Source of the DNA: Craspedostauros australis | Lineage: Eukaryota | Assembly (NCBI GenBank): GCA_030167865.1 | Contig: JALAGF010000169.1 | Coordinates: forward strand, 1-52,204 | Reading direction: 5' to 3' | DNA length: 52,204 bases | In this document: positions 35,762-46,800 of the stretch, in pieces | How positions within the stretch are numbered: the stretch's first letter is position 1 | Layout of the letters: every line of letters begins with the position of its first letter | Translations under genes and position numbers: made by a program | Notes under the pieces: model-generated | Told to the model about the DNA's origin: nothing | Seen by the model: the letters and a program-made list of their open reading frames with translations, nothing else | Database searches by the model: none

Positions 35762-37981
35762 ATGATGATGTCCACGGCGCAGGACTCCTTGCCATCAATG
35801 CCAATGTCAACTTCCACACCATCGTCAACGTCCATGCCAGCGGCGCCTCAATCCATCTCTGGCGATGATGGCAGCGTCAACAACGGCAATGCCAGCAGTC
35901 GGAGACGACAGAAGCGACCGCTGACGAGGAGGCGGTGGCTGATGGCACGGTCCATCGCTCTGCTGTCCACCATGTCGCTGGCAGCATCGCTGGCCGCCGT
36001 TCAAATGCAGCCATGCGACGCATTCTCTCCTGACTCCACCAACCTCCGAAACCTCGGCAGCAGCAGCAGCGCCAAGCTGGGCAAAATCGAAGCTGCCGAC
36101 GTGCGACGACGAGGACGCAGAGGACGACGGCCCGCACCTGACAACCAGACCAGCGGCGCCACCGGCCTCGGCGTCTCAGTCATCCTGGACTCGCCCACCA
36201 AGTCGGATGCGCCGGCGGACCTGCTGCAGACGCGTCCACGCACACGGTCGCTGCCTGCCCAGCAGCCGCTGTCCATCGTGGAGCGCACGCGCCACAGCGC
36301 CAAGGAACAACGCATGCGCCAATCCATCGCCAACAACATCTTCCACCAGGACCTCACCACGCTGCCCAATGCCGACAAGGTCCGCGTCAAGCGCAAGCAG
36401 AAGGCCGCCATGCCGTCGCGTTCCTCGCTCACCGCCCTCACGGCTCCGTCCGCGGCCACCATCGTCACGCCCATTCCGCCCATCCGACGCAAGCAGCAGG
36501 CCACAATCGTGCGTCCCAAGGGGATCGTCACCAATGCCCACAGCAATGGCAACCGCAATGGCAACCGTCTCGCTACTAAAACAACAGCCAGAACAACTTC
36601 GACAACCGCATCAGCTACAGCTACAGCTACAACCAATCCAACAATCAAAACCAACAAAAAGAGCACGGCCCTCCTGACCAAAGAGGAAGAGAGACAACTC
36701 TCCGAACAAATCCGCGCCCTGCTCTACGTCACCAAGATCCGCGACGAACTCACCAGCATGATGCAGACCGACGACCTCCCCGACCAGGTCCTGGCCAACG
36801 CCTGCGACCTCACCGTCTCCCAGCTGCGCCGCACCCAGCACGAGGGACAGGAGGCCCGATCTCAACTCGTTTCCGCCAACGCCGGTCTCGTGCGTTCCCT
36901 CGCGCTGCGATATCACGGAGGTCTGCAGCGGGCGTTGCAGGCCGGCGGCGGCGTCGGCACCATCCTGTCGTTGCAGGACATGATCCAGGAAGGCAACCTC
37001 GGTCTCATGCGGGCCGCCGAGAAGTTCGAGCCGGAGCGCGGTCTGCGGTTCAGCACCTATGCCACCTACTGGATTCGTCAGAAGATTCTCAGATCCATTT
37101 CCGATTATTCACGTATCATTCGATTGCCGCAGCACAGTGAGTTCGATGCGTTGCCAATCTCATTGCCAATCTCATTGCCAATCAGCTCTGCAGAGTGTTG
37201 CACAGCGTCGCAGTGTTGCTCTTTGCAACACCGTACCCGCACACAGCACCATTCATACTCGATGCATTCTCATCATCAAATCCCATTTCTCTCCTTCGCC
37301 TCCGCATTCAAATGGCATTCTATCCCTTCATACTCCATGCACGCGCACGCAGTCCATGCCAAACTCTCCAAGATCAGCAAGGCCAAGCAGGCCATGACGG
37401 ATGAAATCGGACGCGTACCATCCGAACCGGAACTCGCTCACTACTTGGGAATGAACGTCGACAAGCTGCGCGCCTACAACAGCGCCACGAGGAACGTCGT
37501 GTCCCTCGAACGACCCGTCCGCATCAACGGCGGCATGAAGGAGGATCGCAGGACCATCGGAGATTCCATCGCCTCCGACGCACCCACACCAGAGGAGGAT
37601 GCCCTGCGACAGTACCTCAAGGACGACATCCGGATAGTCGTCGACACCCTGCCGGAGCCGGAGCGCAAGGTCCTCGTGCTGCGGTTTGGGTTGGAGAACG
37701 GAGAATCCATGACCATCGATGCCACGGCCGACCACCTCAACATGACCAGGGATAAGGTCCGCACCATGGAGGCACGCGCGCTCAACAAGCTGCGCAACCC
37801 GCAGCGCAACTACCGTCTCAAGGATTACGTCGGCGTGGAGCGATCCGATCATGAGGAGGAAACCACTTTCACAGCCGCAACCGCTACGCAGCCACCCAGC
37901 ACCCGCACGAAAACGCCAAAGAACGTCCAGCCAACGCCCGATGCTCCTTCGCTGTCATCAGACAATCTGTGGTTCTTCTAA
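35762..37981 (+). CDS. Nucleus-encoded plastid RNA polymerase sigma-70 factor. Exons 35762 (or 35942)-37136 and 37353-37981; 667 or 607 aa.
   Basis: Region 1.2 LLTKEEERQL; region 2 QDMIQEGNLGLMRAAEKFEPERGLRFSTYATYWIRQ; region 3 GRVPSEPELA; region 4 LRFGL...TRDKVRTMEARALNKLR. Signal peptide ends CDA|FSP. Intron GTGAGT..CAG 37137-37352. Confidence 0.93.
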   Translation: MMMSTAQDSLPSMPMSTSTPSSTSMPAAPQSISGDDGSVNNGNASSRRRQKRPLTRRRWLMARSIALLSTMSLAASLAAVQMQPCDAFSPDSTNLRNLGSSSSAKLGKIEAADVRRRGRRGRRPAPDNQTSGATGLGVSVILDSPTKSDAPADLLQTRPRTRSLPAQQPLSIVERTRHSAKEQRMRQSIANNIFHQDLTTLPNADKVRVKRKQKAAMPSRSSLTALTAPSAATIVTPIPPIRRKQQATIVRPKGIVTNAHSNGNRNGNRLATKTTARTTSTTASATATATTNPTIKTNKKSTALLTKEEERQLSEQIRALLYVTKIRDELTSMMQTDDLPDQVLANACDLTVSQLRRTQHEGQEARSQLVSANAGLVRSLALRYHGGLQRALQAGGGVGTILSLQDMIQEGNLGLMRAAEKFEPERGLRFSTYATYWIRQKILRSISDYSRIIRLPQHSEFDALPISLPISLPISSAECCTASQCCSLQHRTRTQHHSYSMHSHHQIPFLSFASAFKWHSIPSYSMHAHAVHAKLSKISKAKQAMTDEIGRVPSEPELAHYLGMNVDKLRAYNSATRNVVSLERPVRINGGMKEDRRTIGDSIASDAPTPEEDALRQYLKDDIRIVVDTLPEPERKVLVLRFGLENGESMTIDATADHLNMTRDKVRTMEARALNKLRNPQRNYRLKDYVGVERSDHEEETTFTAATATQPPSTRTKTPKNVQPTPDAPSLSSDNLWFF
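37151..37183. repeat. 12-bp tandem repeat (TTGCCAATCTCA)x~2.8 inside the sigma-factor intron
   Basis: Read directly; translates as LPISLPISLPI in the unspliced frame. Confidence 0.92.
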
Positions 37982-38487
37982 ATCGTGACAGAAGAGCGCC
38001 ACGGCAATGAGACAATGCAATGCACTTCTGAGTGCAAAGACAGCGTCATCGCGATCGCTATTTGCTACGACTGTATGGCACCATGCACGGTTACGTGTGG
38101 GAATACAGACAATATTGATGCGAGCAACTACAATACGACAATAACACAACATTACCATAATAGAAGGGTACCCTTACACGCATCAACAACAGTACAACTC
38201 GCCGCACGAAGTGCAGCAATCAAGTGAAATGAAATGATGAGCACGTCACCTTGTTGCGCTTCCGCGGCACATGGTGGAATCAACGGACGAATGTGATGTG
38301 ACTTCGTCATTCTCGCACACTCGTCGGTACTCTACCATACGTCGCATACCGCCACACATCGCCAGCACTTCGCCGCAGTTCACCATACTCTACTTGACTA
38401 ACTGTTACCTATCTTACGAGTATACACGCGCAACCCGCAGTTCACCATACTCTCTCTCTCTAGTCGTAGTCGCCCAAGCATGTGACA

Positions 38488-39921
38488 TTACTGCATGTAG
38501 ATCATTTCGTTGCCGGCCGGACTGGGGACGATCTTTCGTCTCCAATCGCCGTTCGCCACGTCCTGCGGGTTGACATCCGTGATCTTGTCATCCGGCACGT
38601 AGACGAGGTCGTCCGTGGCGTGCACCATCCATGGTTCCTGCCGGTAATCGTTGCCGAATGGCTTGGGCAGCAGCCAGTGCAGGCCGATCGTGACGCCCTT
38701 GCGAGGCACCGGTCGGAACTGTCCGCTGGCACGTGCCGCGAGCAGGCGCTCGGAGCAGAACTCCAGGACGCGGGCCTTGAACTGCATCTTGGCGCTGGCG
38801 ACCTTCGCGGGCATCTTCTTGCATCGCGACGCGAAGTTGGACATGGCCTCCTTGGCGACGTTGTCCATGTCGGTGGCGAGGTTGGGCGAGAGACGCAGCT
38901 TCGACAGCTGCTGATTGAATTCATCGAAGCAAACATCCTGCAGCATGTCGAGCTGTCGTTGGCACACGTCGGCGCATTCGGCGAGGATCTCGTTCTTGAG
39001 ATTCTGACGGATCTCGCGTCCCAGGTTGGAGGACAGCAGGATGGGCGAGCAGGAGAGATCGAGGTCGTCCAGGGCACGTTGCGAAGCAGCCACGCAAAGA
39101 TCGCCAAAGTTGGTGACCGGTCCATCCTCCGCGAGGTCCTTGATCTGCTGAATGGCCGCGTCCTTGAACTTGCGAGCCGCTGGTCCCATCTGGCGTGCGG
39201 CAGCGAGATCCCGCGGCGACATGGAGGTCGCGAATTCCGTGGGCGTCGTCATCTGCCAGAAGTCCGAGGCCACAGCCTCCGCGATGCCCGCCTGCGCCGT
39301 GGCAGGGTCGACCGAATCCGACGACTCCAGCAGCTCCACAGCCTGCTCGGGGGTGGCAACGTACTGGACGTTGGCGAAGACATCCTCAAGCACCGAGACT
39401 CGCTTGGAGGTGGCAAGGTTGGCGAGGACGTCCGCCGCGGCCGTCTCCAGCTGCTGCTTCGTCGCCTTGGCGTCGGAGGCGATGACGATGAGGTTGGTGG
39501 GCGTGGCGATGTCCTCGTTGAGGATGCGCTCCATGGCCGGTCCCAGCGTATCGAAGAGGCCTTCGCCGCGGGAGAGGTCGTCAGCGTCGGCGTAATAGAT
39601 GAGGGAACCTCCGCAGGCAACTGCCGTGGAAACAACCTCCGAGATGGACACTGGCGCAACCGCGAGACAGAGGCCGCCGCCAGTGCCGAAGCAGGTGGTC
39701 TTGGCCTCTTCCGTGCCGAAGAACGCGGCCTTCTTGGCCTGGGTGACACCGCGGCTGGACAGGAAGCATGCGGTGCTGACCGACTCGACACCTTCCGCCT
39801 CCAGATCCGAGATCACCGTCGACAGTCCCATCGGCAGTTTGGACGAAGACTCGCTGATGATCGATCCATTGGCCAAGCCAACGAGGAAGAATGCAAGCGC
39901 TGTGCGTGAAATCAATGTCAT
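38488..39921 (-). CDS. Signal-peptide protein, 477 aa, apparently a degenerate RHD3/Sey1-like (atlastin-superfamily) pseudo-GTPase
   Basis: Signal MTLISRTALAFFLVGLANG|S and strong GC3 bias, so the ORF itself is well supported. Segments resemble the RHD3/Sey1 late G-domain and stalk (GPVTNFG...ALDDLD; RQNL...QRQLDML...FDEF). No GxxxxGKS motif and no C-terminal TM hairpin. Confidence 0.7.
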   Translation of the reverse strand: MTLISRTALAFFLVGLANGSIISESSSKLPMGLSTVISDLEAEGVESVSTACFLSSRGVTQAKKAAFFGTEEAKTTCFGTGGGLCLAVAPVSISEVVSTAVACGGSLIYYADADDLSRGEGLFDTLGPAMERILNEDIATPTNLIVIASDAKATKQQLETAAADVLANLATSKRVSVLEDVFANVQYVATPEQAVELLESSDSVDPATAQAGIAEAVASDFWQMTTPTEFATSMSPRDLAAARQMGPAARKFKDAAIQQIKDLAEDGPVTNFGDLCVAASQRALDDLDLSCSPILLSSNLGREIRQNLKNEILAECADVCQRQLDMLQDVCFDEFNQQLSKLRLSPNLATDMDNVAKEAMSNFASRCKKMPAKVASAKMQFKARVLEFCSERLLAARASGQFRPVPRKGVTIGLHWLLPKPFGNDYRQEPWMVHATDDLVYVPDDKITDVNPQDVANGDWRRKIVPSPAGNEMIYMQ

Positions 39922-39989
39922 TTTATGCTGTAGATTGTGGATGTTGGAATGTACGAGTGCTTGCTGCCTTGGCTGGAACGTAGTGGTGG

Positions 39990-40020
<31 letters not shown>

Positions 40021-40857
40021 TCTTTGTGTTGTGCGAGTGGAATGATGACGAGCGCTGTCTCTAGTTCTCTCTCTCTGTCACTATCTCTCTCTCTCTCTCT
40101 TTGTTTCTGTCTTTAGCTGTCTTTGTGCACACAAACGAGACTGTATCAATGGCAACGGCAACACAAGCGGTGTGGCAATGGTAGTCAAGGTTAGTGTCGT
40201 ATTGTATAGTCTGAGTGTGGTATGTCAGAATACGTACTCGTGCTATCGAGACTTGTGCTCTACACGAAGTGATGTGTGATGTGTGATGCATGATGCCGAT
40301 ACGCGATCCATTGAGCCTTTTGTCGCCAGCAACATCAAGGAAGAGGATCTGCCAAAGAGGTTTTGGATGCGTGACGCGTGGAGCCTCCCCCGTTCATGTG
40401 ATTGTCGCACAAACGAGACACACAAGCATCTCAATCAAGTCCCGTAAATGTTGTCTTCTTTCGTGACTGACACGTCGCTCAAAATCTGCCACCACCAATA
40501 CAGACAACCATCGTTCCACAAACCATCGAAGAGTGTTCGGTGTGACGCTAAAGTTGAAATGAGTCCTTGTGCTATTATTCGTCTTCACGTTGCATCTGCG
40601 TTACTTGCACAATTGCAGGCATCCACGGTTGCTGCCTGTTTGTCCGAGTTCGGCAACGACCAACACGCGTGTATCTTGTGCCATCGTCGTTGATGCCGAT
40701 GCTGGGTGCCCACAATTGGCCTGTCCTGCTGATGATCCATGTCCGTTCGTCTTTTCGTCTGTCGTTCCATCTCTTTCTGTGTTTCTTTGTTTTATGACTT
40801 CTTCCTTTCGTTCGTTCGGTCGCTTGTTTGTGTTGTGTACGTATTTGTGCAATCACA

Positions 40858-43800
40858 TTACATTCCCATACCCATTCCCATGGCTGGTGGTGGCATGCCG
40901 TTCATTCCTTGCGGTGGCATCATTCCCGGCTGTGGCATACCCTGCGGCATGCCAGATCCCGCGAATCCGCTCATGTCAATGCCGCCACCTGGTGGTGCCT
41001 GCATTCCCATGCCGCCGTTCTCGAGCATCAGAACACCGCCGCCGAATCCGCCGAGGTTTCCGTACGTAGCAGCCACGGCGTCCTGGGCGTTGCCATCCTC
41101 CTCCGGTGGGGCGGTTCGCTTTTCCAGGGCCTCCAGCCGCGTGTGCGTGCGGCGGAAGGTCTGGATGAAGTACGGCATGATGAAGTTGTGGTAACCGTTG
41201 AGCCATCCGAGCTCGAGCACGACATCTGGGCTGACGTGTGCGAAGCATGTGTAAACACCAGCGCAGAAGCACTCCTTCTCGGATGCGTCGCAGAAGAATC
41301 TCAGGAGGTTCTCGATGGTCTCGGCATCCTCCGATTCGTTGGCGGTGTCGATACAGTCCTTCCACATCTTGTCGTTCTTGGAGAGGTCGATGGACTGGTT
41401 CCACTTCTTGTTGCATCGGTACACGTAGGCGGAGATGCGACGGAATTCCAGCAGCTCGTGCGTCGCGAGCTTGGAGGCGAGGGCGATCATGTTGAAGTTG
41501 TTGAAGCTGTCGATCGACTTTCGCAGGGCCTCGTAGTCCTCGTCGTCCACGTACAGCTCGTTGAGTGCCTCGTTGACGGGGCTGAGGTTGAACTTCTGGA
41601 CGGACTTGAGGTATGGCTGTCCCAGCTGCAGGGCCCAGTCGCCCGTTCTTCGGAGCTGGCTGACGACGCGGGAGTGATCCACGTTCTCCTCCATGACCTC
41701 CATGAGACGGGTGAAGAGCTCTGGGTGGCTGTTGAGGTAGTAACCGACGGCCTTGTACATGAGCTCTGCGTTGCGCACCTTGACGACGCAGTCCAGAAAG
41801 AGGTCGTTCTCCCAGGCTGGGGCACGCTCCATCATGATCTTGAGACCGCTGTCGTGCTGCTTGTCGTGCATGTAGAGGTAAACGGCAGGCGAGTAGAGGC
41901 GAGCCCGCTCACAAGCGCGGACGACCTTCGACACGTTGAGCTTGTTGAAGAACACCTTGCAGTGCTCCATGACCTTCTCCGGCACGTGCTTGGTGTACAG
42001 GATGCCGAGCTCCGTGAAGATGCCGATGTGAGCATCCTCCAAACCAAGCCCCTGCTCGAAGAGCGACACGAGGTGAGTGAAGTGGCCCAAATCGGAGTAG
42101 TACGAGACGACCTCGTCCACGTGGTCTGGGTACTTGATGACCTCGAGACCGCACTGGGAGGCGAGGCGGAATTCATCGGCACGCAGACAGGCGAAGCACA
42201 CGTGCTTCCAGGTGGAGACATTGTTTGCCTTCTGTGCGGCAGCAACGGCCTCCCTGTACTCCTCCAGATGGATGTGACAGAGCGCGAGCTTGGAGTTGTT
42301 GTTGATGCTGATGAACAGGATCTTGGCGGCCTGGTACAGACCCTCCGTGAAGCAACGATCTCCGATGTTCTGGATGTTGGCGACGTTCGGACCGGTGACG
42401 AAGACCTCGAGTTCGGTGAGGTTGTTGGTCTTGGCGAAGGCGTAGATGAGCTCGGTGTCGATGAGATTCTCCTGCATGGTCTTGCGGGCCATCTTGAGGT
42501 ATGGGATGAGCTGCTCCCAGATCTCGCCGTCGTTGGCCTCGGCGCACACCTTGACGTACTCGCTGGCATCCTCGGCGTTGATGAAGGACTCGATGGCGTC
42601 GGCTGGGAACTTCTCCTCGAGCTGGGCCTTTCCGAGCTTCGACCAGACTGGCTTCTCGTCGCACTGGGTGGCGTAGGTCTTGGCACGGTCCAGATCTTTC
42701 ATGAAGTCCACGAGGACGCCGATCGCGAGGACCTGCATCTCGACCTGCTCCTCCTTGTCCTGTGTGAACTCGGGCTTGGAGAACTTGGTGTAGATGGTGA
42801 AACCTTCCTCGAAGAGGTTGTGGCTGTCGGAGACGCAGATGAGGGCGATATCCTTGGCGTCGAAGTTGTCGAGTTGGTCGATGTATCCAGCAACGCGAGT
42901 GGAGTCGGCACGGATCGCTGTGAGGATGAGCAAGTTCTGGAGGTTCTTGTTGTCGGAAAAGTCAGATCCTTGCAGCACGATGCGCTCGAGCAGACTGATG
43001 AGCTCCCCTGGGAGGTCGGCGGCCATGAAGGCCTTGACGGTGCACGACACCTCGTCGGCGGATGTGCTCTCTGGGAGGGCCCATTCGACGATCTGGTCGA
43101 TGAGCTGGCGGCGCTGCGGGTCCTCCTTCTCTTCCTCTCCTTCTGGACGATTGAGCACCTTGGCCCAGAGCTCCAGATCCTGGCGCTCGACCAGGTACTT
43201 GGCGAGGTCGCGGAACAGACCGTGAGTGTGGCTGATGGCGATGAGCTCATCGTCGCATTCGCCGGCGGCCTTCTTGTAGGCGACGAAGGCCAGCTGTGGA
43301 TCCAGGGCCTCGCAGAATGGTCCCAGCACCTTTGGCTCGTAGAACATGTTGTTGAGGAGGAAGGACTTTGGATCCTTGTTGAGGGTGATGTAGATCTTAC
43401 CCAAAGCGTTGTGCGTGCCTGGCTCCGTGCTTCCTGTGGCAACGCGGGCCTCGAGCCATGGCTGCAGGAGGCGGAGACGGTTGCGGGTCTCGGCGATCTC
43501 CACGAGCTCCTCAACCGGGCAGGCGGTGCCGACGGCCATGAGGATGCGCTTGATGAAGTCTTCGTTGGCTCCCAAGTCGAACAGCTTGCCGACGACGTTT
43601 GGTGTCTTGGTTGGGGAGACCTTGGTGACGTACACCTCGATGTACTGCAGCAGACTGTTGAGGTAGAGGTACTCGGTCAGCTCGTCGACGAAGTCGAAGC
43701 GGTCGCAGACGTGAATGAGCGGACGTGGGTCTGGAAGCTTGGCTCCCTTGAGGTACTCCTTGACCTCCTCTGGGACATAGATGTTGGAGTCGCGGCAGAC

Positions 43801-46800
43801 ACGCTCGGCCTCCTTGAACTGGCCGAGCATGCAGGATGCCTGGATGTACTTGAAGTGCACGAACGCATCCTCGGAGACGTTCACCACGGCACCGAGGTAG
43901 TAGTAGAGACCCTCGGTGGCGCGGTTGGACTCGAACACCTGCACGAGTTCTTCGGATCCGAGCTCTTCGTGGTACTTCTTGGCAACTTCGACGCAGACCT
44001 GCATGTTCTGCGGTCCGCGGCCCATCATGTCCTTCAGCAACGAGATGCTCTGCTCTCTGTTAAGCTTTCCGAAGAAGTTGACGACGAACTCGCTGCTCAT
44101 CTGGTGGCTGTTCTTGAAGACGCGCTTGATGTCGGTGATCTCGGTGTAGTGCTCAGCAGCACGTTGCCACATGCCTGCACGTTCGCACAGCTTGGCGATG
44201 TGAGGTCTGTCATACTGCGTCAGGATGCCCTGCTGCATGATGGCATCGGCGACCTGCGGAGCGCCTCCGATGAGGTTGATTTCAAGCAGCTTTGTCTGCA
44301 GGTAGGCGTGCTCGGACTTGTTGTCCTTGAGCGCTTCCAGCAGGAATGCGGTGGTCTCCTGCACGCGGTTGCTGCTGAGGAATGCCTCCGCGGTTTGCTG
44401 GATGTCGATCAATGGCCCGCCCTCGGCATTAACGAGACCCTTGGCGAGGTCGAGAGCGCCCTGTGGATTGTTGAAGAGCAGGTTGCTGAGCATGCTGGAG
44501 TAGTCCATCTGAAAACCGACGCTGGTGGAGTACGGGACGATCTTCTCGTACTCGCCACGCTGCACGAAGCACTGGATGGCCTTGCCGTGAACCTCAGCAC
44601 GAAGGTAGACGCTGAGAGCCATACCAACGTCGTGTGGCATGATGAGGTCTCCCAATGCCTCGGAGCACTGGAGCTTGTCCTCCTTGAGCCACTTCTCCAT
44701 GAGGGCCGTGCGCTGCTGCTGCAACACAGGCTTGGCGACCTCGATACTCTCCTGCTCGTTGAGACGTCCGGACTCGAGGAGGGTGGAGAAGTACTGCAGG
44801 ACCGGTGGCACTTGGTTTGGCTGCGCTGGGATCTGCTGGAAACGGGCGATGGTGGCTGGAGTGCGGAGCGCGTTGCCACTGGCGGCAACGACACGTGCGG
44901 CCTCGGCCACCTGACCGGTGCTGATGAGACGCTCGAATTCGGCAGCGAACAGGTTCTCTGCGCCTGGGAGGTTCAGTCGTCCTGCGAGCTTGATTGCCAG
45001 GTCGTTGTCGCGCAGGGTGGAGAGGATGTACGGGACGACGGCCTGTCCGTTGAGTTGGAGGTGGAGGAGCTTTCCGGTGCGGACGGTGATACCGAAGACG
45101 GCGCCGGTGGAATCCTGCGGGCAGGTGATGAAGACGGTCTCCGGGGTGACCTTCTGGCGGTACATGGTCTTTCCGGTGTGGCAGTCGAACATGAAGACGT
45201 AGCCCATCTTGGTGAGGAGGTAGGCGATGTCGTCCTTTCCGCTGATGGCCAGGCTGACTGGGAAATCGGCGGCGGCATCGGCTGGGATTGGGATGACGAC
45301 TGGCGGGCAGGAGAATGCTGGCCCCCTGGATGGGTCGCGTCCGATCTCACGGATGTAGAGCTTGGGTGGCTCGGCTGGGTTGTCGGCCTTCTTTTCGTGG
45401 AAGATGAGGCACTGGGCTGGGTCCTCACGTCCCTTGATTTTGATGGAGGCGAAACCACCAGCGTGTCCCTGAAGAGGCTGGGAGAGCTTCTTGTCGAGGT
45501 TGAACAGCTGCATGTTTCCGTTGACGGTTCCAGCGGCACCCGCGGAGATGCCTCCGAGCAAACACCACTTGGCATCTGGCGACACACGGTAGTTGATGAT
45601 CTGGGTGTTTGGGCCGAGGGTAGCGTGACGGTCAAACATCTTCGTTGGTGTGCTGTCGGTGGCCATGGCCCAGTGGTACACGGCGGTTCCGGTCACCAAT
45701 GCGAGGTTGGTGGGGCTAGTCCACTTCCAGAACACCAAGGGCTCCGGCATGGCGAACGACATGATCTTCGCCTTCGTATCCAAGTTGAAGACCTGGAGGG
45801 TGGTTCCAGATCTCAAGGCCAGGATGTTCTGGTCTGGGTTCATAATCGCTGCCTCGGCCTGCATTGGTCTTCGCGTGACCTGCGCGCCATTCTTCAGATC
45901 GATCATCGTCAGCTGGCTCTGCTCAACACACACGATCCACTTGTCGGACTCCATAGTGGTCATGTTGTGCTTGATCGACGTCTCGGGCACGCCGAGTTGT
46001 TGGAGCTGCGCGCATGTGCAAAATCATCGGATGTTGCATTGTATTTTGTGTAGTATTGAATTGCGTCGTGGCCATTTCGTTGGGTTACCATCATTTCGAA
46101 AATACAACACGGAGGGTGGAAGAGATGGGAGCACAGGAACGTGGAATACATCATCAAATGGCCAGTGTTGGTGATGGCGACGATGAGAGGAATCGGCGAT
46201 AGATGCGGGATAGCAGTAGAATGGCAATTTCGATTTTTTTCAAACCGGATAAGATGTATCGGCCAGGGTGTTGTATTGGTTGTGTTGGTCCGATTGTTTG
46301 GTGTGTACAATGTAAGGCGTGCGGTGTGTGAAATTCAGGGCGTGGATGACGCAGAGGATGGAGGAGTAGGCAGATCGAAGGGCGGTGGGGTGTGTAGATG
46401 TCATTGTCCAACATTCGTTGTTCATAGGATCGTATGTTCATCGGCAACAGATGCGTGGAAGAAGGTAAGGAAGTTCATGGAGGGCATGAAAGTGGTGGAG
46501 GCATGGGAGACGGGAAAGAGGAGGTATTTGTGTTTGTGTGAGATTGCTGGTGTGGATGTATTGATTGGCATGTTGTTGTGTGCACCTGATAAACTGCCCC
46601 CTTGTTGCGATGCTGTCCTGACATCCCATGGTGTTGGCTGCTGCTGCTATTGCCGCTTCATCGCGGGTGTTGTTCCTGCAAATGCGTTCGACTCGTGCGA
46701 AAATGGTCACGTCTGCTGCGATGTTGTTGCTCGTGTTGCCGCCGATGACCGTGGGAGCTTGCAGAGCAGGCCTTTCCCAGCGCCAGCGCCAGCAACAGGT

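Noticed and set aside
35762-37981. Sigma-70 as bacterial contamination or recent horizontal transfer
   Set aside because: It has a spliceosomal intron and a plastid presequence; nucleus-encoded plastid sigma factors are normal in algae.
38482-39909. 475-aa plus-strand ORF (similarly 31425-33032 minus and 1394-2488 plus)
   Set aside because: Antisense shadows of GC3-biased genes.
40828-46053. 1741-aa plus-strand ORF as a real gene
   Set aside because: It is a codon-aligned antisense shadow of clathrin with no recognisable domain.
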